From: a bacterium
GTDB lineage: Bacteria > UBA8248
Reading direction: 5' to 3'
Assembly: GCA_965221165.1 (NCBI GenBank)
Contig: CBDCRP010000002.1
Coordinates: forward strand, 1,056,001 to 1,120,000
Length of the DNA: 64,000 nt
Below are positions 29,417 to 39,689 of the stretch, in pieces. The notes beneath the pieces are model-generated. The model saw nothing but the letters and a program-made list of their open reading frames with translations, did no database searches and was not told where the DNA came from. The position numbers were made by a program, and so were the translations under genes. Numbering within the stretch: the first letter of the stretch is position 1; the number at the start of each line of letters is the position of its first letter.

Positions 29417-30559
29417 TTGGGACTATCGACCAAAGAGCGTGATCGTCGCCATGCGAATCTAAGAGAGGAGATGGGGCGCGAGGGGCTGGATGTCCTCGTC
29501 GTCTACGGAAACAGCGGCCGCCAGGGACCGCGCACGGGCAATCTGGCCTACGTCAGCAATTTTATTTCATTCTCCGGCCAGCAGATCCTGGTTTTTCCGC
29601 GCGAGGGAGAACCCGTCTTGTTCGTGGGAGTGGAGAACCAACGAATCGAATCCCTGCGAAACGGATGGATATCCGACACCCGCTGCGAGGCCATGACGCC
29701 CGTTCCGCAGCAGGCGTGCAACTATTTGAACCAAATCGCCCCCTCGGGTGCGAGAATCGGAATTTCCTCGCTCGCCATCATCCCCGTGGCCTGGCACCAG
29801 CAGCTTCAGGATCAGGTGAACGCGAGCGAATGGGTGGAGGCGGGCGACCTCGTCTGGAAACTGCGTCTGGTGCAAAGCGATGAGGAAGTCGCCATGTCGC
29901 GCCATGCGGCCGAGCTCGGCGACAGGGTGTGGAATCACCTCCGCGATTTCATCCGCGAAGGAGTGACGGAACTCGACATGCGCGCCGAGATGGACCGGGT
30001 GATCATCCCCGAGGGCGGGACGGAGAACTTCAACATGATGGGCCTGGCGAGCATGGCGGATGGAGGCGAAGCGCCCTGGGGCTACGTCATCCCCCAAACC
30101 GATCGACCCATCAAACAGGGCGATGCCGTTTTGCTGGAGATTTCTCCTCGCGTTCAGGGGTACTGGAACCAAATCGTACGGGTTCTGGCGCTGGGCGAGG
30201 CGGAAAAATGGCTGGTCGACGCCCACCAGGTGGTGCGCGAGGCGCGAGACGCCTCTTTGGAGCATCTCGGGCCGGGGCGGCCGATGGTCGGCATGGTCAC
30301 GGCGATGAACGAGGTTTTTGAAAAACACGGCTACGAGGTATGGCCCTACGGCCTGGTGCATCTCACGGGCCTGGACCTCACGGATTATATGATCACCCCG
30401 GTATCCGAAGGAGATTTGGAACCCGGAATGGTGGTGACGACGCACCCCATGTTCAACCTGGGAACCAACCGCCAGATTTTCTGGGGCGAAACCTATCTGG
30501 TAACATCTGATGGCTATGAACCGCTGAACACGAGTACGGATGAATTGGCGTGTCTATGA
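29417..30559 (+). CDS. M24/creatinase-fold hydrolase with non-canonical metal site
   Basis: Creatinase-like N-domain; GDAVLLE..GYW, HLTGLD, LEPGMVVTTHP, GETYLVT. Confidence 0.8.
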   Translation: MGLSTKERDRRHANLREEMGREGLDVLVVYGNSGRQGPRTGNLAYVSNFISFSGQQILVFPREGEPVLFVGVENQRIESLRNGWISDTRCEAMTPVPQQACNYLNQIAPSGARIGISSLAIIPVAWHQQLQDQVNASEWVEAGDLVWKLRLVQSDEEVAMSRHAAELGDRVWNHLRDFIREGVTELDMRAEMDRVIIPEGGTENFNMMGLASMADGGEAPWGYVIPQTDRPIKQGDAVLLEISPRVQGYWNQIVRVLALGEAEKWLVDAHQVVREARDASLEHLGPGRPMVGMVTAMNEVFEKHGYEVWPYGLVHLTGLDLTDYMITPVSEGDLEPGMVVTTHPMFNLGTNRQIFWGETYLVTSDGYEPLNTSTDELACL

Positions 30560-30598
30560 TGGCTTGTTTGATTCTTACCCAATAAGGAGGAATACGAG

Positions 30599-32113
30599 AT
30601 GAGGAGGCTTTGGCTTTGGATGGTTGTTTTGGCGTTGTTGGTGCTCCCCGTAGGAGCGAAGGCGGCGCCCAAGGGCAAGGTGGTACTGGGCATGGCCGGC
30701 GCGCTTACGACGTTTGATCCGCACACCTTCAGTTCCCTGCCGATTTCGATGCACCACCCGAACGTTTTCGAGACGCTGCTCGCCCGCGCGCCAGACGGCT
30801 CCATGACGAACCAGCTCGCCGAGAGCTACAAGATGGTGAGCCCCAAGGTGTGGGAGTTCAAGCTCCGCAAGGGCGTGAAATTCAGCAACGGGGATCCCGT
30901 GAACGCGGCGGCCGTGAAGTTCAGCTTCGAGCGGATTCTCGACCCCAAGATGAAATCGAGGCAATACCGCTACTTCAAGAGCATGGCGAAATTAGAGGTG
31001 GTCGATGAACACACGGTCCGGATTCACACGAAAAAACCCGACCCCATGCTCCCGCCGTTTCTGGCGATCTACGGCTTCATCGTGCCGCCCAAGTATTACA
31101 AGAAACACGACAAGAAATACCTCACCCGCAATCCCGTGGGCAGCGGCCCGTTCGTGATGAAGAAATGGCGCAAGGGTCAGGAAGTCGTATATGAGGCCAA
31201 CCCCAACGCCTGGAGAAAGCCCAGGGTGAAGACGGCCGTCGTGAAGTTCATTCCTGAGTCCACCACGCGCGTCTCCGCGCTGATCTCGGGCGATGTGGAC
31301 GTCATCGACAACCTGCCGCCCGGGCTGAGCGGCCGGGTCAGGGCGGGCGGCAAAACGAACGTCATCGCCAAGCAATCGCCGCGCACCAACTACATCCTGA
31401 TGGTGATTAAAGAGGGTGCGCCCTGGATGGACGTGCGCGTCCGCAGGGCCATGAACCTTGCTATCAACCGCGAGGCCATCACCAAGAACGTGATGATGGG
31501 CTTCGCCAAATCGGTGGCGATCATCCAGGGTCCCGCGAGCTTCGGCTTCAACCCCGAACTCAAGCCCTATCCCTACGATCCCGCCCAGGCGAAGAAACTG
31601 CTCGCCGAAGCCGGATTCGCGAAAGGGTTTTCCTTCGACGTGTACATTCCCCGCGGACGCTTCATGATGGGCAAGGAAGCGCTCGAGGGCATCGCCGGCC
31701 AGTGGGCGAAGGTCGGCCTCAAGGCGAACGTTCGCGTGATGGAATGGGGCGCGATGAAGAAGATAATCTTCAGCAAGTACAAGAAAAACGTAAAACCCTT
31801 CTTGTACTATCTCGCGCGAATGAACACGGCCTTCAGCGCGGAGCACATGTTCGCAGGCGCCATCAGCAGCCGTTCGGCCTACGGCGGATTCCGCGACAAG
31901 GCCGTGGACAAGATGATCAACGACGCGCGCTCCACGCTGGACGACAAGGCGCGGGAGAAGAAGTACCAGAACATCGCCCGCGTTCTGCGTCATGAGAAGG
32001 TGCCGATCGTTCCGCTGTATCAGACCTTCCGCATCTTCGGCGCGAACAAGAAGATAGACTGGAAACCGCGCGCCGACGGAAAACTGATAGCCGCCGAGGT
32101 CGGCCTCAAGTAG
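30599..32113 (+). CDS. Peptide/nickel ABC transporter substrate-binding protein (family 5)
   Basis: Signal peptide, FKLRKGVKFSNG, PVGSGPF, VRRAMNLAINR. Confidence 0.92.
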   Translation: MRRLWLWMVVLALLVLPVGAKAAPKGKVVLGMAGALTTFDPHTFSSLPISMHHPNVFETLLARAPDGSMTNQLAESYKMVSPKVWEFKLRKGVKFSNGDPVNAAAVKFSFERILDPKMKSRQYRYFKSMAKLEVVDEHTVRIHTKKPDPMLPPFLAIYGFIVPPKYYKKHDKKYLTRNPVGSGPFVMKKWRKGQEVVYEANPNAWRKPRVKTAVVKFIPESTTRVSALISGDVDVIDNLPPGLSGRVRAGGKTNVIAKQSPRTNYILMVIKEGAPWMDVRVRRAMNLAINREAITKNVMMGFAKSVAIIQGPASFGFNPELKPYPYDPAQAKKLLAEAGFAKGFSFDVYIPRGRFMMGKEALEGIAGQWAKVGLKANVRVMEWGAMKKIIFSKYKKNVKPFLYYLARMNTAFSAEHMFAGAISSRSAYGGFRDKAVDKMINDARSTLDDKAREKKYQNIARVLRHEKVPIVPLYQTFRIFGANKKIDWKPRADGKLIAAEVGLK

Positions 32114-32297
32114 GGTTCGATTTTTCAGATAGAGGCAAAGCTCCGGCCAGGGACGCGTGAACATCTCTCTGGCCGGAGCCGTTCTCTAAACCGGGGCGCT
32201 TCCCCGCCAATGCGTGGCTTGAATAGAGCGCGCTCCCTTGGTGAGGCGAGCGTCGTCGCCCTCGAAACAAGATGTATTCCTGCTGCTGGGTGGCTCT

Positions 32298-33215
32298 ATG
32301 GCCGGATATGTTGTCAAGCGCTTGATTCAGGCAGTAGTCCTCCTCAAGTGCGTCATGATCATCGTGTTTCTCCTGCTTCACATGACGGGCGACCCCGTCC
32401 TGGTGATGCTCGATACGGATGCGACCCACGAAGACATCGAGCATTTGAGAAAACTCATGGGGTTCGACCAGCCGCTGCACGTGCAGTACGGGCGTTTTTT
32501 CTCGAACGCCCTGCAGGGGAATTTCGGGGAATCCACCGAACACGGCGAATCGGCCATGGGCCTCGTTCTGGAGTATTTCCCGGCGACGATAGAGATGGCG
32601 GTCGGGGCCTTCGTTTTCGCCGCCCTCATCGGGATTCCCTTCGGCTGTCTGGCGGCTTTCAGAGAAGGCTCGATTTACGACAAAGGCTGTGTGGGCATCA
32701 CGGTGCTGATGCAGGCGATTCCCGATTTCTGGCTGGCGATCATGTTCATCATGTTCTTCTCCGTGACGCTGGGGCTCTTGCCCTCCTTCGGGCGAGGGGG
32801 TTGGGAGCATTTCATCATGCCGGCCTTCGCCGCATCCACGTATCATCTCGCCCGGCTCGCGCGGCTCATGCGCTCCCAGATGCTCGAGGTGCTGCGCCAG
32901 GACTACATTACGACGGCGCGGGCGAAGGGGCTGAGCGAAAAAATCGTGCTCATGGTGCATGCCCTCAAGAACTCCTCGATTCCCATCGTCACCGTCATGG
33001 GGCTGGATTTGGGGATTCTCCTGGGTGGAACCGTGATCATCGAGGTCGTATTCGCCTGGCCCGGAGTCGGGCGCCTGGTGGTCGAGGCGATCGCGAATCG
33101 CGACTTTCCGATCGTCCAGGCCGCCGTGTTCATCCTGGCGTCGGGGTTCGTGCTCATCAATCTGGCGGTGGACCTCGTCTACGCCTATCTCGATCCGCGG
33201 ATTTCATACGAATGA
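32298..33215 (+). CDS. Peptide ABC permease (DppB-like)
   Basis: GDP, DYITTARAKGL, EVVFAWPGVG, LDPRI. Confidence 0.92.
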   Translation: MAGYVVKRLIQAVVLLKCVMIIVFLLLHMTGDPVLVMLDTDATHEDIEHLRKLMGFDQPLHVQYGRFFSNALQGNFGESTEHGESAMGLVLEYFPATIEMAVGAFVFAALIGIPFGCLAAFREGSIYDKGCVGITVLMQAIPDFWLAIMFIMFFSVTLGLLPSFGRGGWEHFIMPAFAASTYHLARLARLMRSQMLEVLRQDYITTARAKGLSEKIVLMVHALKNSSIPIVTVMGLDLGILLGGTVIIEVVFAWPGVGRLVVEAIANRDFPIVQAAVFILASGFVLINLAVDLVYAYLDPRISYE

Positions 33216-34117
33216 GAGAACGCACGCTGGCATTTCAGGAGCAGATGGAGATAGAAGAACTCCCCGAGCGCGCGAAGATATGGGCGTCCTTGTGGCGGGA
33301 CAAATCCGCTCTCTTGGGCTGCATTATCCTATTCTGCGTAGTGACGATGGCGGTCTTCGCTCCGCTGCTCGCGCCGATGGACCCCCATGCCCAACTCCTG
33401 GACAGAAACTTAAAACCACCCATGTGGTCGGATGGCGAGAATATCTTCCTGCTCGGCACGGACCACCTGGGGCGGGATTTCCTGAGCAGGCTCATCTTTG
33501 GCGCGCGCATCTCACTCATGGTGGGTTTCTTCGCCGTATTGCTCACGGGGTGTTTTGGGCTTTTCGTGGGTCTGGTGGCGGGCTATTTCGGCGGAAAGGT
33601 GGATTTTCTGCTCATGCGGTTCGTGGATCTGGTCCTCTCCTTTCCCTTCATACTGCTGGCCCTGGCGACCATCGCCATCGTGGGGCCGAGCCTGGTCGTG
33701 CTCATACTCGTAATGTCGATGCGCATCTGGGTCATCTACGCCCGCGTCGTGCGCGGCGAGGTGCTCACGCTGCGCGAGCAGGAATTCGTCCAGGCGGCGC
33801 GGAGCATCGGCGGCAGCCATTTTCGCATCATCGTCCGCCATATTCTCCCGAACGTCCTGGCGCCCGTCATCATCATCGCTTCCCTCTATCTGGGGCGGAT
33901 GATCATCATCGAGGCGGGCCTGAGTTTTCTGGGTCTGGGGGTGCCGCCGCCCACGCCCACCTGGGGCGGTCTGCTCAGCGACGGGAAGGTGTATCTCTAC
34001 ACCTCCTGGTGGGTCGTCACCCTGCCCGGCCTGGCGATTACGGTGACGGTTCTGGGAGCGAACCTGGTGGGCGATTGGCTGAGAAACGTGTTGGACCCGC
34101 GTTTGAAATCGTTGTGA
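33212..34117 (+). CDS. Peptide ABC permease (DppC-like)
   Basis: ATGA overlap; LGTDHLGRD, EFVQAARSIG, HILPN, LSFLGLG. Confidence 0.92.
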   Translation: MRERTLAFQEQMEIEELPERAKIWASLWRDKSALLGCIILFCVVTMAVFAPLLAPMDPHAQLLDRNLKPPMWSDGENIFLLGTDHLGRDFLSRLIFGARISLMVGFFAVLLTGCFGLFVGLVAGYFGGKVDFLLMRFVDLVLSFPFILLALATIAIVGPSLVVLILVMSMRIWVIYARVVRGEVLTLREQEFVQAARSIGGSHFRIIVRHILPNVLAPVIIIASLYLGRMIIIEAGLSFLGLGVPPPTPTWGGLLSDGKVYLYTSWWVVTLPGLAITVTVLGANLVGDWLRNVLDPRLKSL

Positions 34118-34146
34118 GTTCGTTTCGGAATGAGGAGAAAAACCAG

Positions 34147-35178
34147 ATGAGCGATCCATTGAGGGTGGCCGTGGTCGGGCTGGGCCGCTGGGGCAACACC
34201 CTGGCGTCCTATATCGAAAGAACGCCCGGGATGAAAATCACCACGTGCTTCACGAGAACGCCCGAAAAACGCCGGGCGTTCACCGAAAAATTCTCATGCG
34301 GCGAGGAGGAGAGCTACGAGGCGGTGGTAAACCACCCCGAGGTGGACGCCGTGGTCATCGCGGCTCCCAACAACAAGCACGCGGAACTCGCCATGGCGGC
34401 CGCCGAGCAGGGAAAGCACGTGTTCGTCGACAAGCCGATCGCCGCCTCCATCCCCGATGCCAAGAAAATGATACGCGCTTGCGAGGAAGCCGGCGTCACC
34501 CTGGCGGTGGGCGCGAGTTCGAGGTGGCTCCGGGGCCATCGCCTCTTCAAGAAACTGCTCGATGAGGGAACCATCGGCACCCTGGCGATGGCAGAGACCA
34601 ACTACTCGAACGACCGGGGGCTTCACTATACGCCGGACAACTGGCAATGGTATGCGGAAGGCTCCCCCGGCGGCCCTCTGCTCCAGGTGGCCATCCACCA
34701 GGTGGACAACCTCTTGTATCTCTACGGGCCGATAAAACGGGCCTCGGCGGCGTTCAGCAAGATAAAGACGAAATCGGAAATTCCCGACGTGAGCGTCGTG
34801 TGGTTCGAGTTCGAATCCGGTCTGCTCGGCACCCTGGGGACGAGCTTCATCAGCCCGCGCACCCCGAACGGACGGTACACCTATTTCATGAACGCCTACG
34901 GGGATGAGGCGAACCTCTACCACGACAGGTGGGAGGGCATCAAAATCCTGCGAAAAGACGGGGAGAAGCGTGAAGAGATTCCTTATGAGGAATATCCCAG
35001 GCAGGATTATCTGATTGAAGAATTCAAAGACTTCGCCGGCGCCGTTCGGGATAACCGCCCGCCCGAGGTGGGCGGACCCGAAGGACTCCACGTTCTGGGC
35101 GCCGTATGGGCGGCCATGCGCTCCTGGGAGCGGGGCGAGCCCGTGGAAGTGGCCGAGGTACTGGAGGAAGACGACTAG
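34147..35178 (+). CDS. Gfo/Idh/MocA oxidoreductase
   Basis: VVGLGRWG, GKHVFVDKP, GGPLLQVAIHQVD. Confidence 0.88.
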   Translation: MSDPLRVAVVGLGRWGNTLASYIERTPGMKITTCFTRTPEKRRAFTEKFSCGEEESYEAVVNHPEVDAVVIAAPNNKHAELAMAAAEQGKHVFVDKPIAASIPDAKKMIRACEEAGVTLAVGASSRWLRGHRLFKKLLDEGTIGTLAMAETNYSNDRGLHYTPDNWQWYAEGSPGGPLLQVAIHQVDNLLYLYGPIKRASAAFSKIKTKSEIPDVSVVWFEFESGLLGTLGTSFISPRTPNGRYTYFMNAYGDEANLYHDRWEGIKILRKDGEKREEIPYEEYPRQDYLIEEFKDFAGAVRDNRPPEVGGPEGLHVLGAVWAAMRSWERGEPVEVAEVLEEDD

Positions 35179-35233
35179 ATACGAATGGCTACGGCGGGGT
35201 AGACCCGCCCATCACCTGGAAGGAAGGAGACCC

Positions 35234-36511
35234 ATGTTCGACTACCGAATGACGGATGAGCAAAAAGAGTATCAAAGAATCGCGCATGAATTCGCGCGGG
35301 ACGAAATCCGGCCCATCAGCCTGGAGCTGGACCACCAGCAAGACCCGCTCAAGTGCGCCTACATGCCCCATCTTCTCGAAAAACTCGACAAGACCGGCCT
35401 CCGGACGATGAGCATCCCCAAGGAATACGGCGGAGGCGGCGTGAACGATCTGCTCACCCACTGCATCGTGGGCGAGGAGATATCCTGGGGAGACAGGGGC
35501 GCCACGGGGTTCATGCTCTCCTCCACGAAGATCTCCCACATCCTCGCGAGCGAGCTTCTGGGAGACCCGGAACTGGCGGACTACTGGATGCGCGAGTACG
35601 TGAACGACCCCACGTTCCTCATCGGCACGGCGACGACCGAACCCGCCTCGGGATCCGAGAACCAGCTCCCCTACAACGGAGCGGACGGCGGATACCAGAC
35701 CACCGCCGTGCTCGACGGCGACAACTACATCGTGAACGGAAAAAAACACTTCATCTCCAACGTCGGCTGGGCGCGGCTCATGTTCACCTTCGTCCGCACG
35801 AACCCCGACGTGGGCGTCGAGCAGGGCGCTTCCCTGCTGATGGTGCCCACGGACGCGCCAGGCGTCCGCATGGGCAAGGTGCACAACAAGATGGGCTACC
35901 GCCTGAACCAGAACGCGGAGATCATCTTCGAGGACGCGGTGGTCCCCGCGAAATACCGCCTGGGACCCGAGAACTGCGGCGTCTCCTACATCAGGCGCCA
36001 CCTGCGCGGCGACGCCCTCATCAACGCGGCGGGCCAGATTGGCGTGGCGCGGGCCGCGTATGAGAAATCGCTCGAATTCGCGCAAAACCGCATTCAGAGC
36101 GGACGCCCCATCGCGCACCACCAATCCGTCGGTATCAAGCTCGTCGACATGTACACGAAAATCCAGGCGGCGCGCGCCTACGTGCACTACGCGGCTTGGC
36201 GACAGGACATGCGCCACGAGATTCCCATCGACCCGCCCATGACGCTCACCGCCAGCGCGTTCGCGCACGAAATCTCCTGCGACGTCACCAAGATGGCGAT
36301 GGAGATACACGCGGGCGTGGGCGTTCAGCGCGAGAACTTTCTCGAAAAATGGTTCCGCGACACGCACAACATGCTCTTCTCGAGCGACGGCGGAAACAAC
36401 ATGAAGAAGGTGCGGGCGATGTACGCCATCACCGGCGAGTGGGGCGCGCGAAGCGAGGAGGAGAACCCCGTGCCCGGCGGCGCATACGTCTCCGCCGGAG
36501 ACGGCCTCTAG
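35234..36511 (+). CDS. Acyl-CoA dehydrogenase family protein
   Basis: TEPASGS, NGKKHFISN, KMGYR, RIQSGRPI; AAGGAG RBS. Confidence 0.9.
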   Translation: MFDYRMTDEQKEYQRIAHEFARDEIRPISLELDHQQDPLKCAYMPHLLEKLDKTGLRTMSIPKEYGGGGVNDLLTHCIVGEEISWGDRGATGFMLSSTKISHILASELLGDPELADYWMREYVNDPTFLIGTATTEPASGSENQLPYNGADGGYQTTAVLDGDNYIVNGKKHFISNVGWARLMFTFVRTNPDVGVEQGASLLMVPTDAPGVRMGKVHNKMGYRLNQNAEIIFEDAVVPAKYRLGPENCGVSYIRRHLRGDALINAAGQIGVARAAYEKSLEFAQNRIQSGRPIAHHQSVGIKLVDMYTKIQAARAYVHYAAWRQDMRHEIPIDPPMTLTASAFAHEISCDVTKMAMEIHAGVGVQRENFLEKWFRDTHNMLFSSDGGNNMKKVRAMYAITGEWGARSEEENPVPGGAYVSAGDGL

Positions 36512-36539
36512 GCCCATCAAGAACAAGGGAGGAAAAAGG

Positions 36540-36920
36540 GTGGCCTCACGAACGCATCATGTGCACCACGTCGCCAAGGACCCGCAGGCGGCGGCGGAAT
36601 TCTACATCAACCACTTCGGCGGCGAGTTGTTCACGCCCGAGATCGAATACCGGGGTTCCCCCTACATCAGCGTGATGCTCGGGGAGGTGGAAATCCGCAT
36701 CCGCGGCTTGAGAGCCGATGAGGACGATACGATGGCGAAGGTCGGCCGCGGCCTCCACCATTTCGGAATTCAGGTGGAAGAACTCGATGAAGTCGCCGAA
36801 CGCCTGGAGAAAGCGGGCGTCGTCTTCACGAAAAAACCCGGAGACGGCGTTCTGGGTTCGAGGACGGCCTTCATCATAGCGCCCGATAACGTCGTAATCG
36901 AACTGGTGGAAGAACCTTAA
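36540..36920 (+). CDS. VOC/glyoxalase family protein
   Basis: HHVH, FY..FG, LHHFG, PDNVVIELVE. Confidence 0.88.
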   Translation: MASRTHHVHHVAKDPQAAAEFYINHFGGELFTPEIEYRGSPYISVMLGEVEIRIRGLRADEDDTMAKVGRGLHHFGIQVEELDEVAERLEKAGVVFTKKPGDGVLGSRTAFIIAPDNVVIELVEEP

Positions 36921-36987
36921 AGTCAAAAACGATACATTTTTCATGTGAGACATTCTGGGCGCCGCGAGGGCGTCCCCACTTGAGGAG

Positions 36988-38217
36988 ATGAACCTGATGC
37001 CGGGATTCGCACGGGGCCAATTCAACGTCGACTACGAGGAGCGCGTCGACGTGAGTGCGCTTCGCCAGAAGCGCGTGGACAAGGCGCAAAAAGCGATGGC
37101 CGAGGCGGGGATCGACGCCCTCTTCCTCTGGAAGGTGGAAAACGTGCGCTACCTCACGAGCATGCGGTCTTCTTTTCTGGCCCACCGCGAGGGAACGAGG
37201 AACGCCGTCATCCTCCCGCGAGAGGGAAGAGCGCACATCATGACCAACGGCGGGGAGATACCCCGCGTCTCGCGCGACATGCCCTGGATAGAAAAATTCC
37301 ATCACCTCGCGAAGATGGAAGAACAACCCCTCGTGGACAAGATGATCCGCGAGACGCTGCGCCCCCTGTTCGAGGAAATGGGCCTCATCGGCAAGAGGGT
37401 GGGCCTCGACCTCATGACGTTCATCCAGTTCAGCGCCTACCAGAAGCATCTGGACGACGTGGAGTTCGTGAACGGCGATTCGTTCATGCACAAGGTGCGC
37501 CGCCACAAGATGCCCGAGGAGATCTATATGATTCGCGAGGCCTGCGCCATTGCCGACGCCGTGAACGAAGAGGCCATGGACAGCGTGCGGGCGGGCAAAC
37601 GCGAGTGCGACGTGGCCGCGGACGCTATGAAGGTGCTCCACCACTACGGGGGCGAGATGGCGCATCTGGTCTCCCCTTTCGTCGCCTCGGGCGAGCACAT
37701 GTCCCCGCCCTACCGCTTCGCGAGCGACAAGATTATCCGAAGCGGCGACATGGTGTTCATCGACATCGGCGCGCAGTGGAACGGATATTTCGGCGACGTG
37801 GCCCGGACGATGATCTGCGGAAAACCCTCAAAACGGCAAAAGGAAATCTACACGGCCGTGCATGAATCCCTGCAGTTGGGGCTCGATCGCACGCGGCCCG
37901 GATTCACGAACAAACAGGTGGCCGAGCGGATTTGGGAGACGGGTGAGAAATACGGTTTGAGAAAAAACTGGTTCTCACTCAGCATCGGCCACGCAGTGGG
38001 CACCTCGCCAAACGAACCTCCCTACATCGGGGAGCCGGACCCGGACTCGGAAGAAGTCAACCTGGAACCGGGCATGGTATTCGCCATAGAGCCGCTCATC
38101 TGGGTGCCGGACGTACCCGGAGGCGGCGGCGTGCGCATCGAGGAGACCGTGCTCATCACCGAAGAGGGCCACGAGGTATTGACGCGCTCGCGCATGGACG
38201 ACCGCCTGCTTCTTTGA
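36988..38217 (+). CDS. Xaa-Pro peptidase family (M24) protein
   Basis: D..GYFGD, GHAVG, EP, IEP and RIEET metal ligands. Confidence 0.9.
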   Translation: MNLMPGFARGQFNVDYEERVDVSALRQKRVDKAQKAMAEAGIDALFLWKVENVRYLTSMRSSFLAHREGTRNAVILPREGRAHIMTNGGEIPRVSRDMPWIEKFHHLAKMEEQPLVDKMIRETLRPLFEEMGLIGKRVGLDLMTFIQFSAYQKHLDDVEFVNGDSFMHKVRRHKMPEEIYMIREACAIADAVNEEAMDSVRAGKRECDVAADAMKVLHHYGGEMAHLVSPFVASGEHMSPPYRFASDKIIRSGDMVFIDIGAQWNGYFGDVARTMICGKPSKRQKEIYTAVHESLQLGLDRTRPGFTNKQVAERIWETGEKYGLRKNWFSLSIGHAVGTSPNEPPYIGEPDPDSEEVNLEPGMVFAIEPLIWVPDVPGGGGVRIEETVLITEEGHEVLTRSRMDDRLLL

Positions 38218-38413
38218 GGCGCGCATCGTCTGGTGACGGCAACCCCTAAGAATCATCAAAACCATCGAGGAAACGAAACCGCGCCCTGCGCGGAAAAAAC
38301 GGGACGCCGCCGCGAATGTCGGTTCGACGGGTCCGCGATCTCGATTGAAGGCGAGGTATTCGAGGCGTAGAATACCCGCACGCCCTCCCCATACAAAACA
38401 AATCAGGAGGTTC

Positions 38414-39517
38414 ATGTTGGAGCTTTTCGATAGAACCGAACTAGGCGTCGCCGTCGTGGGCGCCGGACGCATCGGCACGCACCGCTCCCGCCTCGCCGCG
38501 CAGCATCCCGCCGTCCGCTTTCTCGCCATCTCGGACGCAGACCCCGAACGGGCGAAGGCCCTCGGCGCGCGCGTGGGCGCGCAGGTCACCTCAGGAAGCA
38601 ACGAGGAGGTCATCTCTCACCCCGACGTCGGCGCCGTCATCGTCTCCACCTCTGAATTCGCTCACGTGGAGCCGGTGCTTCAGGCCATCGAACTCGGCAA
38701 GCCCGTGCTGGTGGAAAAACCCATTGCGATGACTTTGGAGGACGCCGACCGCCTGCTCGCCGCAGCGGAGAAAAACGAGACCGACCTCCGGGTGGGTTAC
38801 ATCATGCGCTACAAACGGCGCTATTTCCTGGGGAAAGAACAGATACAGCAAGGCCGGCTGGGAAGGTTGATAGGTGCTACGGGCCGCGTGTTCAACACCA
38901 GGGCGCAGGCGTTCGAGATATTAAAGCGCTCGGCAGACGCCACGCCCGTTCTCGACGTGCTCACCTACTGGGTCGACATGATGTGCTGGTTCATGGAGGG
39001 AAATCCGCCGGTGGAGGTCATCTGCCGGGGAGGAGGCTTCGTATTCAAGGAGGCGGGCTATCCCAAAGTGGACGACGTGAGCTGGTCGATCATCACCTTC
39101 CAAGACGGCGCGACCGTGAACCTGGGCATCTGCTACGCGCTGCCCGCGAAATACCCCACCGCGGGGCAGAGCATCCGCCTCGAAGTCATCGGCGCCGAGG
39201 GAGTGATGCTCTTCGATGAGGATCACAAGGAGAACATCCTCTACACCGAAAAAGGCTATCCGCACGCCTATGTTCCCGACCACCACCTGCCGATGGTCTT
39301 TCTAGGCAGCACTTCGTCGGGCGACTGGGCGCTCGACACCATGTACGGCCCCATCGGCGATGAAACCAGGAGCTGGCTGGATTCTCTCTCCACGGGGCGG
39401 CCCTGCCATCTCGCCACGGCGGAGGACGCGCGCCAGACCCTGGAGGTGACCATCGCCATGGAGGAATCGGCGCGCACAGGGGATGCGGTGAAACTCCCCC
39501 TGGGCGAGGGACACTAG
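38414..39517 (+). CDS. Gfo/Idh/MocA oxidoreductase
   Basis: VVGAGRIG, VLVEKP; AGGAGG RBS before ATG 38414. Confidence 0.88.
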   Translation: MLELFDRTELGVAVVGAGRIGTHRSRLAAQHPAVRFLAISDADPERAKALGARVGAQVTSGSNEEVISHPDVGAVIVSTSEFAHVEPVLQAIELGKPVLVEKPIAMTLEDADRLLAAAEKNETDLRVGYIMRYKRRYFLGKEQIQQGRLGRLIGATGRVFNTRAQAFEILKRSADATPVLDVLTYWVDMMCWFMEGNPPVEVICRGGGFVFKEAGYPKVDDVSWSIITFQDGATVNLGICYALPAKYPTAGQSIRLEVIGAEGVMLFDEDHKENILYTEKGYPHAYVPDHHLPMVFLGSTSSGDWALDTMYGPIGDETRSWLDSLSTGRPCHLATAEDARQTLEVTIAMEESARTGDAVKLPLGEGH

Positions 39518-39689
39518 GCCATGAAGCGCCGGGGAGCCGTCGGCTCAGAAAAACACAGGCCCGGACTTGAACATATAGGCGTCCCGTGCATATATTTTCG
39601 AAAAACGCGTCGGCGACGAAACCGGGACCACGCCCGATGAAATGCGAAACGAAAGCATTGAAAACCTCTAAAATGAATGTAGCCTGAAA

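Noticed and set aside
32210-35178. Apparent 635-aa and 632-aa fusion proteins
   Set aside because: N-terminal extensions are off-frame shadows of the upstream permeases; real starts are 33212 and 34147
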